Below are positions 9,783 through 19,845 of a stretch of DNA of 64,000 nt, one piece after another. The translations under genes and the position numbers were made by a program. Origin of the DNA: Thermoplasmata archaeon (lineage in GTDB: Archaea; Thermoplasmatota; Thermoplasmata; RBG-16-68-12); NCBI GenBank assembly GCA_035636595.1, contig DASPYU010000015.1, positions 168-64,167 on the forward strand. The letters are read 5' to 3'. Within the stretch, counting starts at the first letter, position 1. Every line of letters begins with the position of its first letter. The notes beneath the pieces are model-generated. The model was not told the DNA's origin and did no database searches. It worked only from the letters and a program-made list of their open reading frames with translations.

Positions 9783-10841
9783 ATGGTCCGTTTCCCGAAC
9801 CCGAGGTCCGCCCATCCGTTCCACATGCACGACATGATCCTCGGCGAGCCCGCGTTCGTCGCGGAGACGCTCGAGCATACGAAGCGCGCAAACCTCGATC
9901 ACTTCCTCGGCAGAGCGAGGGAACTCATCATCACGGGCTGCGGCACGTCGTTTCACGCGGCGATGTACGGCGCCGAGGTGCTTCAGGAGGCCGCTGGGTC
10001 GGCCCGCGTGGTACGGGCAGTGCACGCATATGACCTCGCGTTCGGAGTGCCGCCACGGCGAGGCTCGACCGTCTTAGGCGTGAGCCACAGCGGATCAACC
10101 CCCACGACGAACCGGGCCCTTCGACGCGCGCGTCGTGCGGGGTGTCGCACGATCGGGATGTGCGGTCTACCGGACTCCGACATGGAGGGGGAGACGACTC
10201 AGACATGGGTCATCGGATCCGTCCATGACCACTCGTGGGCGAACACGATGAGCTACACGACCCAGCTCACCGCATTCGCGTCCATCGCTGCGAACGTCGC
10301 CGGCCCTCGATGGGCGGGGGTGCAACCCGGTCTTCGCCAACTCCCTCGCACACTTCGGACGGCTCTTCGATCCGAGAAGGTCGTGCGTCGGCTCGCCAAG
10401 CGCGCGGCCGAGCGGGATCGTGTGACGTTCCTCGGGAGCGACTTGGATGCTGTCACGGCCCTCGAGGCGGCGTTGAAGATTCGGGAAACGTGCAGCCTTC
10501 CCGCGAGCGGATACCATACGGAGCAGTTCCTCCACGGCCCCTGCCTCTCGATCGATCGCCGCGAATCCGTCGTCATGCTGCGTTCGCGGGTTGACGGGCC
10601 GCGGTGCGAGGCGATTCGGAGATCGATGTCCCGGATGGGAGCACCGGTCACGACGATCGGCGATGCAGCAGGCGCGGACATTCGACTGCCCGCCGTCCCA
10701 CGCATCCTTCGACCGATCGTGAGCGTCGTGCCGTTGCAGTTCCTCGCATACTACGCCGCGCTGGAGCGCCACGCGAATCCGGACATCATGCGGACGGATA
10801 TTCCCCGATATCGTGCGGGGCTGGAGCCGCTGTTCCGCTGA
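9783..10841 (+). CDS. Double-SIS sugar-phosphate isomerase/deglycase (GlmS C-terminal/FrlB-like, no glutaminase domain)
   Basis: GCGTSFHA, VSHSGST, TMSYT, EAALKIRE, EQFLHGP, NPD motifs. Confidence 0.85.
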   Translation: MVRFPNPRSAHPFHMHDMILGEPAFVAETLEHTKRANLDHFLGRARELIITGCGTSFHAAMYGAEVLQEAAGSARVVRAVHAYDLAFGVPPRRGSTVLGVSHSGSTPTTNRALRRARRAGCRTIGMCGLPDSDMEGETTQTWVIGSVHDHSWANTMSYTTQLTAFASIAANVAGPRWAGVQPGLRQLPRTLRTALRSEKVVRRLAKRAAERDRVTFLGSDLDAVTALEAALKIRETCSLPASGYHTEQFLHGPCLSIDRRESVVMLRSRVDGPRCEAIRRSMSRMGAPVTTIGDAAGADIRLPAVPRILRPIVSVVPLQFLAYYAALERHANPDIMRTDIPRYRAGLEPLFR

Positions 10842-11268
10842 CGAGGTCCGGCGGGACGCCGACGACCGTGGCGACGTCGGTGCCGTTCCGTAGAATGAGA
10901 TGCAGGTGCATCTTCCCGCTCCCGTAGGTGATCTGGAATCGGTCCACCTCGGACTTGTACAAGCGTGCGGGGCGTCGACGGCCCTCCGTCAGGAAACCGG
11001 CTTCGGAAATGAGGCCGAGGGACGCGAGCCGTCGCACCCGACGGTAGCACGCCGCGATCGGCACGCGGTACCGGTTCGCGATCTCCTGCGCGGTCAGTTT
11101 CTCCTGATGCAGCGCGATGAGGATCCGGAGCGCGTGATCGTCGAGGAGGGACTGGCCGTCTTTGTCGTACAGCAGCAGTTCTTCCGCGAGCAACTTCGGT
11201 CGAGCCGGCGAGCTGCCGTTCTCGGGCGGTCCAAGGAACGCCACGCGGCCGATTCGTGCTCGCGCCAT
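10786..11268 (-). CDS. Winged-helix (ArsR-like) transcriptional regulator
   Basis: LRILIAL...LTAQEIANRYRVPIAACYRRVRRLASLGLI. The true start may be GTG at 11244. Confidence 0.8.
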   Translation of the reverse strand: MARARIGRVAFLGPPENGSSPARPKLLAEELLLYDKDGQSLLDDHALRILIALHQEKLTAQEIANRYRVPIAACYRRVRRLASLGLISEAGFLTEGRRRPARLYKSEVDRFQITYGSGKMHLHLILRNGTDVATVVGVPPDLVSGTAAPAPHDIGEYPSA

Positions 11269-11339
11269 TAAAAGGCGTAGGCTCCCGTTATCACCATTGA
11301 GCCGTACCTACGCGCGGCGCGCATGGAGAAAATCGCTGC

Positions 11340-11768
11340 TCAGGTTTCGAGCGCTTTCTTCACGTTCGACGCGAACTCGTCCGTCTGCGACTTCAACTTC
11401 GATCGAAGGAAGTTGTCCATGATCCGCGCGAGCGGTCCCTTCGCCTGTACGGCCATCGTGTACGTGACCTTCGTCGCGTCCCCATTCGGCGCGAGATCGA
11501 TTGTCCCCGTCATGTCCATGTTGTCCGCTTGGCCGCGGAACTTTCCGTGGCGAAGCGGGACCTGCTCGAGCGTCTCCGTGAGAACCACGATATCCTGGGA
11601 CAGCGGGCCGATCTTCACCTTGAGGTTCCAGCGCGTTCGCTTATCATCGAGGACTGCGACCGACTGCACGCCTGGGACGCAGCCGCCGACTTTCCGCATG
11701 TCGGAGAGGAACGACCAGACGCGTTCGACGGGTGCGGCGACTTCGAACGCGACGGTTCCTTCGGGCAT
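11340..11768 (-). CDS. CoxG/SRPBCC (START-like) ligand-binding protein
   Basis: APVERVWSFLSD...GCVPG...VKIGPL pattern. Confidence 0.85.
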   Translation of the reverse strand: MPEGTVAFEVAAPVERVWSFLSDMRKVGGCVPGVQSVAVLDDKRTRWNLKVKIGPLSQDIVVLTETLEQVPLRHGKFRGQADNMDMTGTIDLAPNGDATKVTYTMAVQAKGPLARIMDNFLRSKLKSQTDEFASNVKKALET

Positions 11769-12070
11769 ATTGCCTCGGGCAACACGGCTCCGGTCAAATA
11801 CTTTCCACGGAGATCGTGGCCCTGCCTCCGGGGACTCTGTCGCGGCGGAGATCCGAATCCCGGGCCATTTGGCAGGAATCCAGGAGCCGGATGCTCCGCT
11901 CTCGCGGGAGAATCCTCCGGAGAGGCAGGGCCTTAACGATGCCTTCGTCCACGAATGGATTCGGACGTGTTGCGATGTACAGAGAACGCGGCGGTTGCGG
12001 CGCGCGGTGAATCGCCGGACGCGCGCAATCGAATCGGTCTGTCAGAACCTCGAGTCCACTGGTGATCGAA

Positions 12071-12110
12071 TAAGGAAAAGGGCCGAGGGCCTCCCCCACT
12101 TTGCCTCGGC
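12071..12110 (-). terminator. Hairpin plus pyrimidine tract downstream of the small basic protein gene
   Basis: GCCGAGG (12082-12088) pairs with CCTCGGC (12104-12110); followed on the minus strand by CCTTTTCCTT. Confidence 0.5.
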
Positions 12111-12132
12111 TACGGGGTCGCGAGACTTGGAC

Positions 12133-12321
12133 TCAACCTTTCCGGAGAAACGGAAGGCCCGTGCGTTTGTTCACGCCGACTTTCCGGTTCTTCGGCATCT
12201 CGTCCATCGGCTTGCCGCTCTTCGGTTTCCGCTTACTGAAGAAGTAGATCGTCACTTTCGGTCCCTTCTTCAGTTTCACGTCTCGCGAGTACAGCGTCCA
12301 TCCCTGGTACGTGTACGGCAT
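12133..12321 (-). CDS. Small Lys/Arg-rich protein (62 aa), function unknown
   Basis: MPYTYQGWTLYSRDVKLKKGPKVTIYFFSK...NKRTGLPFLRKG. GGAGG/GAGGT RBS upstream and a terminator-like hairpin downstream. Confidence 0.8.
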   Translation of the reverse strand: MPYTYQGWTLYSRDVKLKKGPKVTIYFFSKRKPKSGKPMDEMPKNRKVGVNKRTGLPFLRKG

Positions 12322-12599
12322 GTTTGACCTCGTTCCTCCATACACTAGGGTGTCAAAAGCGTTTCCCTCCCATAGAGCCTCCCGACGGGACGGGCCATGC
12401 AGTTACTTTATGATTATAATGAAGCGCATCTGGGCGCTATGGAGGGCGGGTCGTTGGCATTCGAAACGTCGCGAGGAGCGCGTGCTCCGCCGCTCGCGCG
12501 GGCCCGCGCGTTTCGCGGTCGCGGCCGTCCCCTGGAATCATGGCCGAGAACGGACCCGAAAGCGCTTTGACACCATCCGGGAACGATGGGACGAAATCC

Positions 12600-12746
12600 A
12601 TGAAGGCGAAGCTCCAGCGCGTCGAGTGCGACGAGGAAGACCTGATCGAACTCCCGGAGTCGTGGATCCCGGTCCGCCTCGAGCACAACTCCTACGCGAC
12701 GACCGCGCGCAAGGCGTACACGCTCTACTACCTCCAGCGCGCGTGA
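12600..12746 (+). CDS. Hypothetical small protein (48 aa)
   Basis: MKAKLQRVECDEEDLIELPESWIPVRLEH...; GC3-rich codon usage like neighbouring genes. Confidence 0.55.
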   Translation: MKAKLQRVECDEEDLIELPESWIPVRLEHNSYATTARKAYTLYYLQRA

Positions 12747-12788
12747 CGCATCGCGCGGGTTCAATATCCCCTCCGCGATGCCCGCGCG

Positions 12789-14196
12789 ATGGCGGTCCTC
12801 CCGGAGGAGCTGGCCCACCGGCTCCGCGCCGACCGCGTGGCGACGGGCCCCGAGATTCCGCCCCGCTACCGGCTTGACGCGTTCCGCGCCCACCGGGGCT
12901 CGCGCCTCCCCGAAGCGGGGGTGTCTCCCGCGGCGGTGGTCTGGCCTCGCTCCACCGAGGACGTCGCGGAGGTCGTCCGCTTCGCGCGGGAGGCGGGCCT
13001 TGCGGTGGTCGCCTGGGGCGGAGGCACCGGCCTCATGGGAGGCGCGCGCCCCTCGACGCAATCGATCATCGTGGACTTCCGGCGGATGCGCCGGGTTCGT
13101 GCAATCGACGTCGAATCGCGCACCGTGACCGCGGAAGCGGGCATCGTCCTCGAGGCCCTCGACCGCCGCCTCCGGAGGCGACGCCTCACGTTGGGCCACG
13201 ATCCCTGGTCCCGGCCGCGTGCGACACTCGGCGGCGCGATCGGGACGAACGGCATCGGGTATGCCGGATATCTCCGGGGGACGATGGGCGATCAGGTCCT
13301 CGGCCTGGAGGCCGTCCTCGCGGACGGGACGGTCGTGCAGACGCGCGCGGTCGCTCGCAGCACGACGGGACTCGATTTGAAGCGGCTGTTCATCGGGACG
13401 GAAGGGACGTTGGGTCTCGTCACCGCCGCCACCCTGCGCGTATCGCGCGTGCCGGCGAAGGAGGAAATCCGCGCGTTCGTCCTCCGCGATTTTGCATCCG
13501 GCTTGCGATGCCTCTCCCGGATCTACGACGATGGACTCGTGCCGAGCGTGATGGATTTCGAGGAGACGTTCCCGGCCGCCGCGCTGCCGTGGTCCTCCGA
13601 GCCGGGGCCGCCGCCGTTGTATCTCGGATTCGCCGGTTCGCGGGAGATCGTCGCGGCTTCCTGGCGGCTCGCGCGCAAGCATCTCCGGGGCGCGGCCGCC
13701 CGCGCCTTGCCGGATCGAGAGGCACGGGAGTACTGGCGCACGCGGCACGATATCATCTACGCGCACGACGAGGTCTCTCCCGGGGTCACGCGGGCGGACG
13801 TGTTCCTGAAGGACATCATCTTCGACTACGTCCATGTCGCGCTTCCGCGATCGAAGGTCATGCCGTTTCGCCGCGCCGCGATGGCGATCCTTCGACGACG
13901 GGGTGTGAAGCCGATCGGCTTTGGCATCTGGACGCAGCCGGAGCTCGTATCCCTGGAGATCGTGCGCGGAATCGGGAGCGACCGGGAGGCCGCGGGTCGC
14001 GGTGGCCCATGTGGTCGATGATCTCATCCGTCGCGCCCAAGCGCTCGGCGGTTCCATGGAGTATGTCCACGGCGTCGGTGCGAAGCTCGCGCACCTCATG
14101 GGAGAGGAGCTCGGCACGGGGTTGTCGGTATACCGGAAGGTCAAGGAGGCACTCGATCCGGAGGCCGTCCTCAATCCTGGGAAACTGGGATTGTGA
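12789..14196 (+). pseudogene. FAD-linked oxidase (GlcD/alkyl-DHAP synthase-like), frameshifted near 13995
   Basis: GGGTGLMGG and GTEGTLG motifs in ORF 12789..14021. The C-terminal EYVHGVG...LDPEAVLNPGKL lies in another frame (13996-14196). Confidence 0.75.
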
Positions 14197-14332
14197 GCCG
14201 CGCGTGGCGACGGCCGGTGGGTCCTTCGGGCGTGGCGCCACCCGCCTCCCTTGCGAAATATATATTAGACACCTATTCAGCGGAATATATATAAATCAGA
14301 ACATAACTTCGGCCACCACAGGTTGGGATTGG

Positions 14333-14692
14333 ATGCAAGCACCTCCGCCCCCGATGATGAGTGCGCCAATGATGATGGATCGAAGGAAAATGGGAGTCGG
14401 CCTCCTGATCGTCTTCGGCCTGCTGTTCCTCGCAGCCGGAGCGATTTTGGTCGACGCGAGCAACCAGCAGCTGATCAATCCGACGCCGGAGCAGGTGGCC
14501 GCCCAGAATAACCTGGGCCTGTTCATCGGCCCCGCGGTCGCGCATTTCGGGATGTTCCTGCTCCTGGCGGGACTCCTCGGGGCCGCCGTGTTCCTCGAGG
14601 ACATGGACGTGTTCGTGCGCCTGTTCCTGCTGATCCTCGCGTTCGTCGCCCTCCTGCTGGTCCTTGCGAGCTCCCCGACGATCTTCGGGTGA
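14333..14692 (+). CDS. Three-TM membrane protein
   Basis: Hydrophobic C-terminal part of ORF 13508..14692; TATATAAA box at about 14288. Confidence 0.75.
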   Translation: MQAPPPPMMSAPMMMDRRKMGVGLLIVFGLLFLAAGAILVDASNQQLINPTPEQVAAQNNLGLFIGPAVAHFGMFLLLAGLLGAAVFLEDMDVFVRLFLLILAFVALLLVLASSPTIFG

Positions 14693-14702
14693 GGTGGCAC
14701 CG

Positions 14703-15014
14703 ATGGCGGGAATCGGCGAGAAACTCTGGGAGATCGGCAGGTCGCCGCCGCAACACCTCTCACTGCTCGTCTTCGGACTCGTCGCCCTCCTGACCGGCCT
14801 GATCAGCGTGTCGATGCTGGCCGTGGTCGGAGGCGGGCCCACGGTGGCCGCGATCTCGATGGTCGCCCTGGCCCTGATCGGCGTGGGCGGATTCTTCGTG
14901 ACCCTCGCGCTGTTCCTCGGAGCCTACTCGGCGACGGGGGACTCGTGGACGACGACCGTGTGGCGGATCGCGCAGCTCATCGCAGCGGTTTTGGTCCTGA
15001 TCTTCGTCTTCTGA
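14703..15014 (+). CDS. Three-TM membrane protein, probably co-transcribed with the upstream gene
   Basis: GAGGTG RBS 6 nt before ATG; hydrophobic helices. Confidence 0.75.
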   Translation: MAGIGEKLWEIGRSPPQHLSLLVFGLVALLTGLISVSMLAVVGGGPTVAAISMVALALIGVGGFFVTLALFLGAYSATGDSWTTTVWRIAQLIAAVLVLIFVF

Positions 15015-15036
15015 GATTCGGGGACCCAAACCCATC

Positions 15037-15070
15037 GGGGCGGCATTCCGCCGCCCCGCTTCCTTCTTCG
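15037..15070 (+). terminator. Hairpin between convergent genes
   Basis: GGGGCGGC-ATTCC-GCCGCCCC followed by TTCCTTCTT. Confidence 0.55.
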
Positions 15071-15075
15071 ATTGT

Positions 15076-16176
15076 TCAGCGGGCTTCCGCCACGCTCACC
15101 GAAAAGACCGGCGGAAGGAAGTCGCTGATCATCTTCCACGACACGCCTTCGTCGCGGCTCGCGAAGATCTGGCCCGTGTTCGTGCCGACGTAGACGCCGA
15201 GCGGGTCGCGCGAGTCGACGGCCATCCCCTCCCGGAGGACGCCCATGTACGCGGCGGGCCCGGGCAGGCCCTTCGTCGATCGCCCCCAGGTCTTTCCCGC
15301 GTTCGACGTCTTCCAGACGGCCATCTGGCCTTTCGGGAACACGCGGTTCTCCGCGCCGATGAGCGGCACGACGAACCCCGTCCGCTTCGCGTGCGGATGG
15401 GCCGCGATCGGGAATCCGAAATCCGAGGGCAGGCCCTTCGAGACCTCGGTCCACGCGCCTCCGTCGGCGCCGCGGTGGTACATGCCGCAATGGTTTTGCT
15501 GGAAGATCGCGCCATCCCCCGCGCCGTCCCACGCGAGCTTGTGGACGCACTGACCCCACTCCGGGTACTTGTTCGGCTGGAACTCCGCGCGCACGCCCTT
15601 GTTCTCCGTGGTCCAGGAGGCGCCGCCGTTCTTCGTCTCGAACGCGCCGACCGCGCTGATGCCGATCATCAGGTGTCGCTTGTTCTTCGGATCCACGAGG
15701 ATCGAGTGCAGGCAGAGACCGCCGCCCCCGGCCTGCCAGTCCTTCCGCGTCGGGTGGTAGTTGAGGGACTCGATGTCCTCCCAGCGGTCGCCGCGATCGT
15801 CGCTGCGGAACAGGGAAGCGGGCTCCGCGCCCGCATAGATGGTCTCCGGGGAATCCGCGGTCCCGGGCTCGATGTGCCAGAGCCGCGTCACCGCGAGTCC
15901 GGAGCCCTCCTTGAACTTCGGCGAGGATTCCGTCGGCTTCAGCGACTCGCCCGCGCGGCCGCGATAGACCGTCGGCCCCCACGGTTCGGCCACGTGCGGC
16001 GAGGCGGCGTACACCGTGCGACCGTCCCGCGGGTCGAGCATCATGTGATAGACCGCGGCGCCGGCAATGTACGGTCCCTCGACGGACCATTTCCGCCGGT
16101 CCGCGGAATGGAAGAGGAATCCGCCTTTCTTCGTTCCCACCGAGACGACCACGCTGCCCTTCTTGATCCGGACCAT
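15076..16176 (-). CDS. BNR/Asp-box beta-propeller protein (sialidase-like fold, no signal peptide)
   Basis: Repeated SxDxGxxW boxes (SDDRGDRW, TKNGGASW, TSNAGKTW, SRDEGVSW); GGGGLCLHS and GQCVHK motifs. Confidence 0.85.
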   Translation of the reverse strand: MVRIKKGSVVVSVGTKKGGFLFHSADRRKWSVEGPYIAGAAVYHMMLDPRDGRTVYAASPHVAEPWGPTVYRGRAGESLKPTESSPKFKEGSGLAVTRLWHIEPGTADSPETIYAGAEPASLFRSDDRGDRWEDIESLNYHPTRKDWQAGGGGLCLHSILVDPKNKRHLMIGISAVGAFETKNGGASWTTENKGVRAEFQPNKYPEWGQCVHKLAWDGAGDGAIFQQNHCGMYHRGADGGAWTEVSKGLPSDFGFPIAAHPHAKRTGFVVPLIGAENRVFPKGQMAVWKTSNAGKTWGRSTKGLPGPAAYMGVLREGMAVDSRDPLGVYVGTNTGQIFASRDEGVSWKMISDFLPPVFSVSVAEAR

Positions 16177-16177
16177 G

Positions 16178-16483
16178 TCAACCACCTGCGACGCTGGGGA
16201 GGATGTGCACCACGTCTCCGCGTTTCAACCTTGCCTCCGGGAGCGGGGACCCCAGGAGGTCCTCGTTCACGAAGATGTTCACGTACGGTCGGCGGTGTCC
16301 CGCCTCGTCGACGACGCGATCCCGGATCCCCGGGAACGTGCGGTCCAAACCGCGGAGGAGCGACGCGACGTCGTCCGCCTCGAGGACGACCTCGTCCTGG
16401 CCGTCCGTGTATGAGCGGAGCGCGGGCGGAATCCGGACGAGGACTCCGGAGCGCGCGAGTTCCTCGGACGAAACGCGGGCCAC
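16178..16483 (-). CDS. MoaD/ThiS ubiquitin-like protein (SAMP-like)
   Basis: RPYVNIFVN and C-terminal ILPSVAGG di-glycine. GTG start inferred. Confidence 0.88.
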   Translation of the reverse strand: MARVSSEELARSGVLVRIPPALRSYTDGQDEVVLEADDVASLLRGLDRTFPGIRDRVVDEAGHRRPYVNIFVNEDLLGSPLPEARLKRGDVVHILPSVAGG

Positions 16484-16592
16484 GAACCTTCCCCCCTTCC
16501 GCAACGCCGAACGGGTGAAAAGGTTTTGGCCGGCCTCGGCGAATCGGGAGACGAGCAAGGGTTATCCATCCGGCCCCTTTCCCGGGGTCGCC

Positions 16593-17423
16593 ATGGACAC
16601 GCAGGACATCCTCGATCTGGCGCTCGTCCTGGCGAAACAGACCGAGGTGCCCGCAGACACGACGATCAACGTGCCCGTGAAGGCGGTCCGGAAGGCGCTC
16701 TTCGGCATCGACGTCGAGGCGGCGGACCTCGTCCTCGCGAAGGACAAGGGCTACGACCTCGTGATCGCGCACCATCCGACGGGCGGCTCCGCGATCCTCG
16801 AGTTCCCGAAGGTCCTCACGAAGCACGCGGACATCCTCGTTCATCACGGCGTGCCGAAGGCCGATGCGGACGCGGCGGTCCGCGAGATGCAGGAGGAACG
16901 CGAGCCCGCGGTGCACGCGGAGAACTACGACCGCCTGCCGTCGATCGCGCGCCTCCTGGGGATCGGTCTCATGTGCATCCACAATCCGTGCGACGAGATC
17001 GGGCGGCGCGTGATGGACGAGACGCTCCGCGCGCACCTCCCTCCGAATCCGCGCGTGCGCGACGCGATCGACACGCTCTATGCGATCCCGGAATTCCAGG
17101 CGGCGAAGACGCGAATCGTCGTCCGCATGGGGGACGTGGCGCATCCGCTCGGAAAGTGGGCGGTCCACCACGGCGCAGGCACGAACGGCGGTGTGCCCGT
17201 GGCCCGCGCGGCCTTCGAGCATGGAATCGACACGGTTTTCTACATCCACATCAATGCGGGGGCCCTTCAGCGGTTGTGGGAGCGCTACGGTCGCGGGGGC
17301 TCCAAGAACCTCGTGGTCACGGGACACGTGGCCTCGGACAGCATCGGCATCAACGCGCTCGTCCGAGAGTTGCGCGCGCGGGGACTGCGCGTCGACACGT
17401 ACAGCGGAATTGTCGACGTCTAA
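16593..17423 (+). CDS. NIF3/DUF34-like dinuclear metal protein
   Basis: LFGIDV, IAHHP, IHNPCD and GHVASD motifs. Confidence 0.8.
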   Translation: MDTQDILDLALVLAKQTEVPADTTINVPVKAVRKALFGIDVEAADLVLAKDKGYDLVIAHHPTGGSAILEFPKVLTKHADILVHHGVPKADADAAVREMQEEREPAVHAENYDRLPSIARLLGIGLMCIHNPCDEIGRRVMDETLRAHLPPNPRVRDAIDTLYAIPEFQAAKTRIVVRMGDVAHPLGKWAVHHGAGTNGGVPVARAAFEHGIDTVFYIHINAGALQRLWERYGRGGSKNLVVTGHVASDSIGINALVRELRARGLRVDTYSGIVDV

Positions 17424-17507
17424 GCTCTATTATTATCATTCTATCCGATAAAATTCAATGGCAAACCTTAACTAGCCCTCGTTAGTTCCGGACGGAAGGG
17501 TTTCCGT

Positions 17508-17963
17508 TTGCCGTTTGAGATCGCGGTCGTGAGCAACACCCCGCTCACCCCGCTGAAGGATATCGACGACGTAGCCCTCCTGTTCCTCACGCAGATCGGA
17601 TACATCCCGAAAGGGTACGACCCGAAGACGGACGCCTCGAGCGTCCGCGAGTCCGTCCCCTACCGGCTCTTCGTCGAATGCCTGATGGGCCGCCTCGACA
17701 AGGGCTGGACCGTCGAGCAGCTCGCGGCGAAGCTCAAGACGACGAAGGCGACGATCTATCGTCACATCAACAAGCTCAAGGAGATGGACCTCCTGGACGA
17801 GGTGAACGTGAGCGAGCGCGGAGCCGTCCGCAAGGGCTATCGGATCCGATACGGCAACCTGTCGAAGGCGTGGAATTTCGTCGAATCGAACGTCGAGATC
17901 GCGATGGAAAACTACCGCAAGACCGTCGATCATCTGGGGAAACTCGCGGAACAGAGGAGGTAG
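17508..17963 (+). CDS. HTH transcriptional regulator (ArsR-like)
   Basis: WTVEQLAAKLKTTKATIYRHINKLKEMDLL; TTG start. Confidence 0.8.
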   Translation: MPFEIAVVSNTPLTPLKDIDDVALLFLTQIGYIPKGYDPKTDASSVRESVPYRLFVECLMGRLDKGWTVEQLAAKLKTTKATIYRHINKLKEMDLLDEVNVSERGAVRKGYRIRYGNLSKAWNFVESNVEIAMENYRKTVDHLGKLAEQRR

Positions 17964-17966
17964 TCC

Positions 17967-18242
17967 ATGCCGGATGAGGTCGTCTCTCTGACAAAAGGTT
18001 CCCGCTACCGCATCGAGTCGATGGAGACGCGCGAGAGGACGAAGGTCACGAAAGGCATCTTCCGCGGGTACGCGACGATCGGCACGGACGACGCGATCCT
18101 GATCGAGCTGGACGAGAGCCACCAGGAGATGAAGGGCAAGTTGCGGCTCATCCCGCTCCACGTGATCCTGGCCGTCGACATCATGGAGCAGGTGCCCGGC
18201 GAAGCGCCGAAGGTCGCGAAGTCCGGCACGATGTACGGCTGA
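17967..18242 (+). CDS. Hypothetical protein (91 aa, beta-rich)
   Basis: GGAGG RBS; coupled to the upstream HTH gene; typical codon usage. Confidence 0.7.
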   Translation: MPDEVVSLTKGSRYRIESMETRERTKVTKGIFRGYATIGTDDAILIELDESHQEMKGKLRLIPLHVILAVDIMEQVPGEAPKVAKSGTMYG

Positions 18243-18330
18243 CCGCGGGCGCGGGGCCAAGATTCTTCCGGACACGCGGGATACGAGCGACACGTCGTCG
18301 CGATCGAGCGCAGAGGCATTCGTCGACGCG

Positions 18331-19845
18331 TTGGTCGACGAGCTACGCGAGCGAGCCCCGGAAACGAAGGAGGAGCTGCAGCGGCTGAAGCTCCGCGTCG
18401 CGCGCGAGCATGGCCTCGGAGGCCTTCCGAACGATCCGTCGATTCTGAAGGCGCTCCCCCCCGAGATGCGCGATGGGCTTCTCGATGTCCTCCGCGTCAA
18501 GCCGGCGCGGACCGCGAGCGGTGTCGCCGTCGTGACGGTCATGACCGCGCCGCATGCGTGCCCCCACGGCGTGTGCACGTTCTGCCCGGGCGGGCCTCGG
18601 TTCGGGACGCCGCAGTCCTACCTCGGGACCGAGCCCGCGGCGCGGCGTGCGGCGGAGTATCGATACGATCCGTCCGCGCAGACGTCGGCCCGGATCCGCG
18701 CCCTCCAGAACATCGGTCACGCGACCGACAAAGTCGACCTGATCGTGATTGGCGGCACCTTCACCGCGCTCGAGGTGGGATACCAAGAGTGGTTCGTGAA
18801 GGGCTGCCTCGAGGGCATGAACGGATTTCCCGCCACGTCCCTGGAAGACGCTCAGGCCGCGAACGAGACCGCGGAGACTCGTTGCATCGGACTCACGATC
18901 GAGACGAAGCCGGACTGCTTCCTCGGCCCGGAGGTGGAAGTGTCCCTCCGCGTCGGGACGACCCGTGTCGAGCTCGGGATCCAGTCGACGTACGACGAGG
19001 TCCTCGAGCTCGCGCACCGCGGCCACACGGACGCGCAGAGCCGGGCCGCGATGGGTCGCGCGAAGGACGCGGGCCTGAAGGTTGGCGCGCACATGATGCC
19101 GGGTCTCCCCGGATCCGATGTCGATCGGGATCTCGATTCGTTCCGGACGCTGTTCGAGGACCCGGACTATCGACCGGACTTCCTGAAAATCTACCCGACC
19201 CTCGTGGTCCCAGGGACCGCGCTGCACGGCCTTTGGAAATCCGGTCGCTACACGCCGATGGAGACAGACGAGGCCGTCGAGCTCGTCGCCCGAATCAAGG
19301 CGATCGTACCGCGATGGTGCCGCATCCAGCGCGTGCAGCGGGAGATCGGCGCCGCCGACATCGAGGGCGGCCCGAGGAAAGGGGATTTGCGCGTCCTCGC
19401 GAAAGCGCATCTGGAGGCGCTCGGTGGTCGCTGCCGATGCATCCGGTGCCGCGAGATCGGTTTCCGCGGGATCCCTCCGCGACCGGAGGCCGTCACCCTT
19501 CTCCAAGAGGAGTACGAATCTTCAGGGGGAACCGAGATTTTCATGAGCTTCGAAGATCCGGGTCGCGAAGTCCTCGTCGCATATGCGCGGTTGCGGATCG
19601 ACGCGGCGGGAGCGACCGTGCGCGAGCTGAAGGTGTTCGGTCCGCTCGTCCCCATCCGAGAGGAGCCGCACGGACGATGGCAGCACCGCGGATTCGGGAA
19701 GCGGTTGATGGACGAATGCGAGCGGATCGCTCGGGAGGAGTTCTTTCTTCCCAAGGTGCGCGTCACCGCAGGAGTCGGCGTCCGCGGATACTACCGCAAG
19801 CTTGGATACACACTGGAACGGCCATACATGGCCAAGCCGCTGTGA
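18331..19845 (+). CDS. elp3: Elp3 radical SAM/GNAT tRNA U34 carboxymethyltransferase
   Basis: RTASGVAVV, CPHGVCTFCPGG, QSYLGTEPA, KIYPT, CRCIRCRE, WQHRGFG, GVRGYYRKLGY. Confidence 0.95.
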   Translation: MVDELRERAPETKEELQRLKLRVAREHGLGGLPNDPSILKALPPEMRDGLLDVLRVKPARTASGVAVVTVMTAPHACPHGVCTFCPGGPRFGTPQSYLGTEPAARRAAEYRYDPSAQTSARIRALQNIGHATDKVDLIVIGGTFTALEVGYQEWFVKGCLEGMNGFPATSLEDAQAANETAETRCIGLTIETKPDCFLGPEVEVSLRVGTTRVELGIQSTYDEVLELAHRGHTDAQSRAAMGRAKDAGLKVGAHMMPGLPGSDVDRDLDSFRTLFEDPDYRPDFLKIYPTLVVPGTALHGLWKSGRYTPMETDEAVELVARIKAIVPRWCRIQRVQREIGAADIEGGPRKGDLRVLAKAHLEALGGRCRCIRCREIGFRGIPPRPEAVTLLQEEYESSGGTEIFMSFEDPGREVLVAYARLRIDAAGATVRELKVFGPLVPIREEPHGRWQHRGFGKRLMDECERIAREEFFLPKVRVTAGVGVRGYYRKLGYTLERPYMAKPL

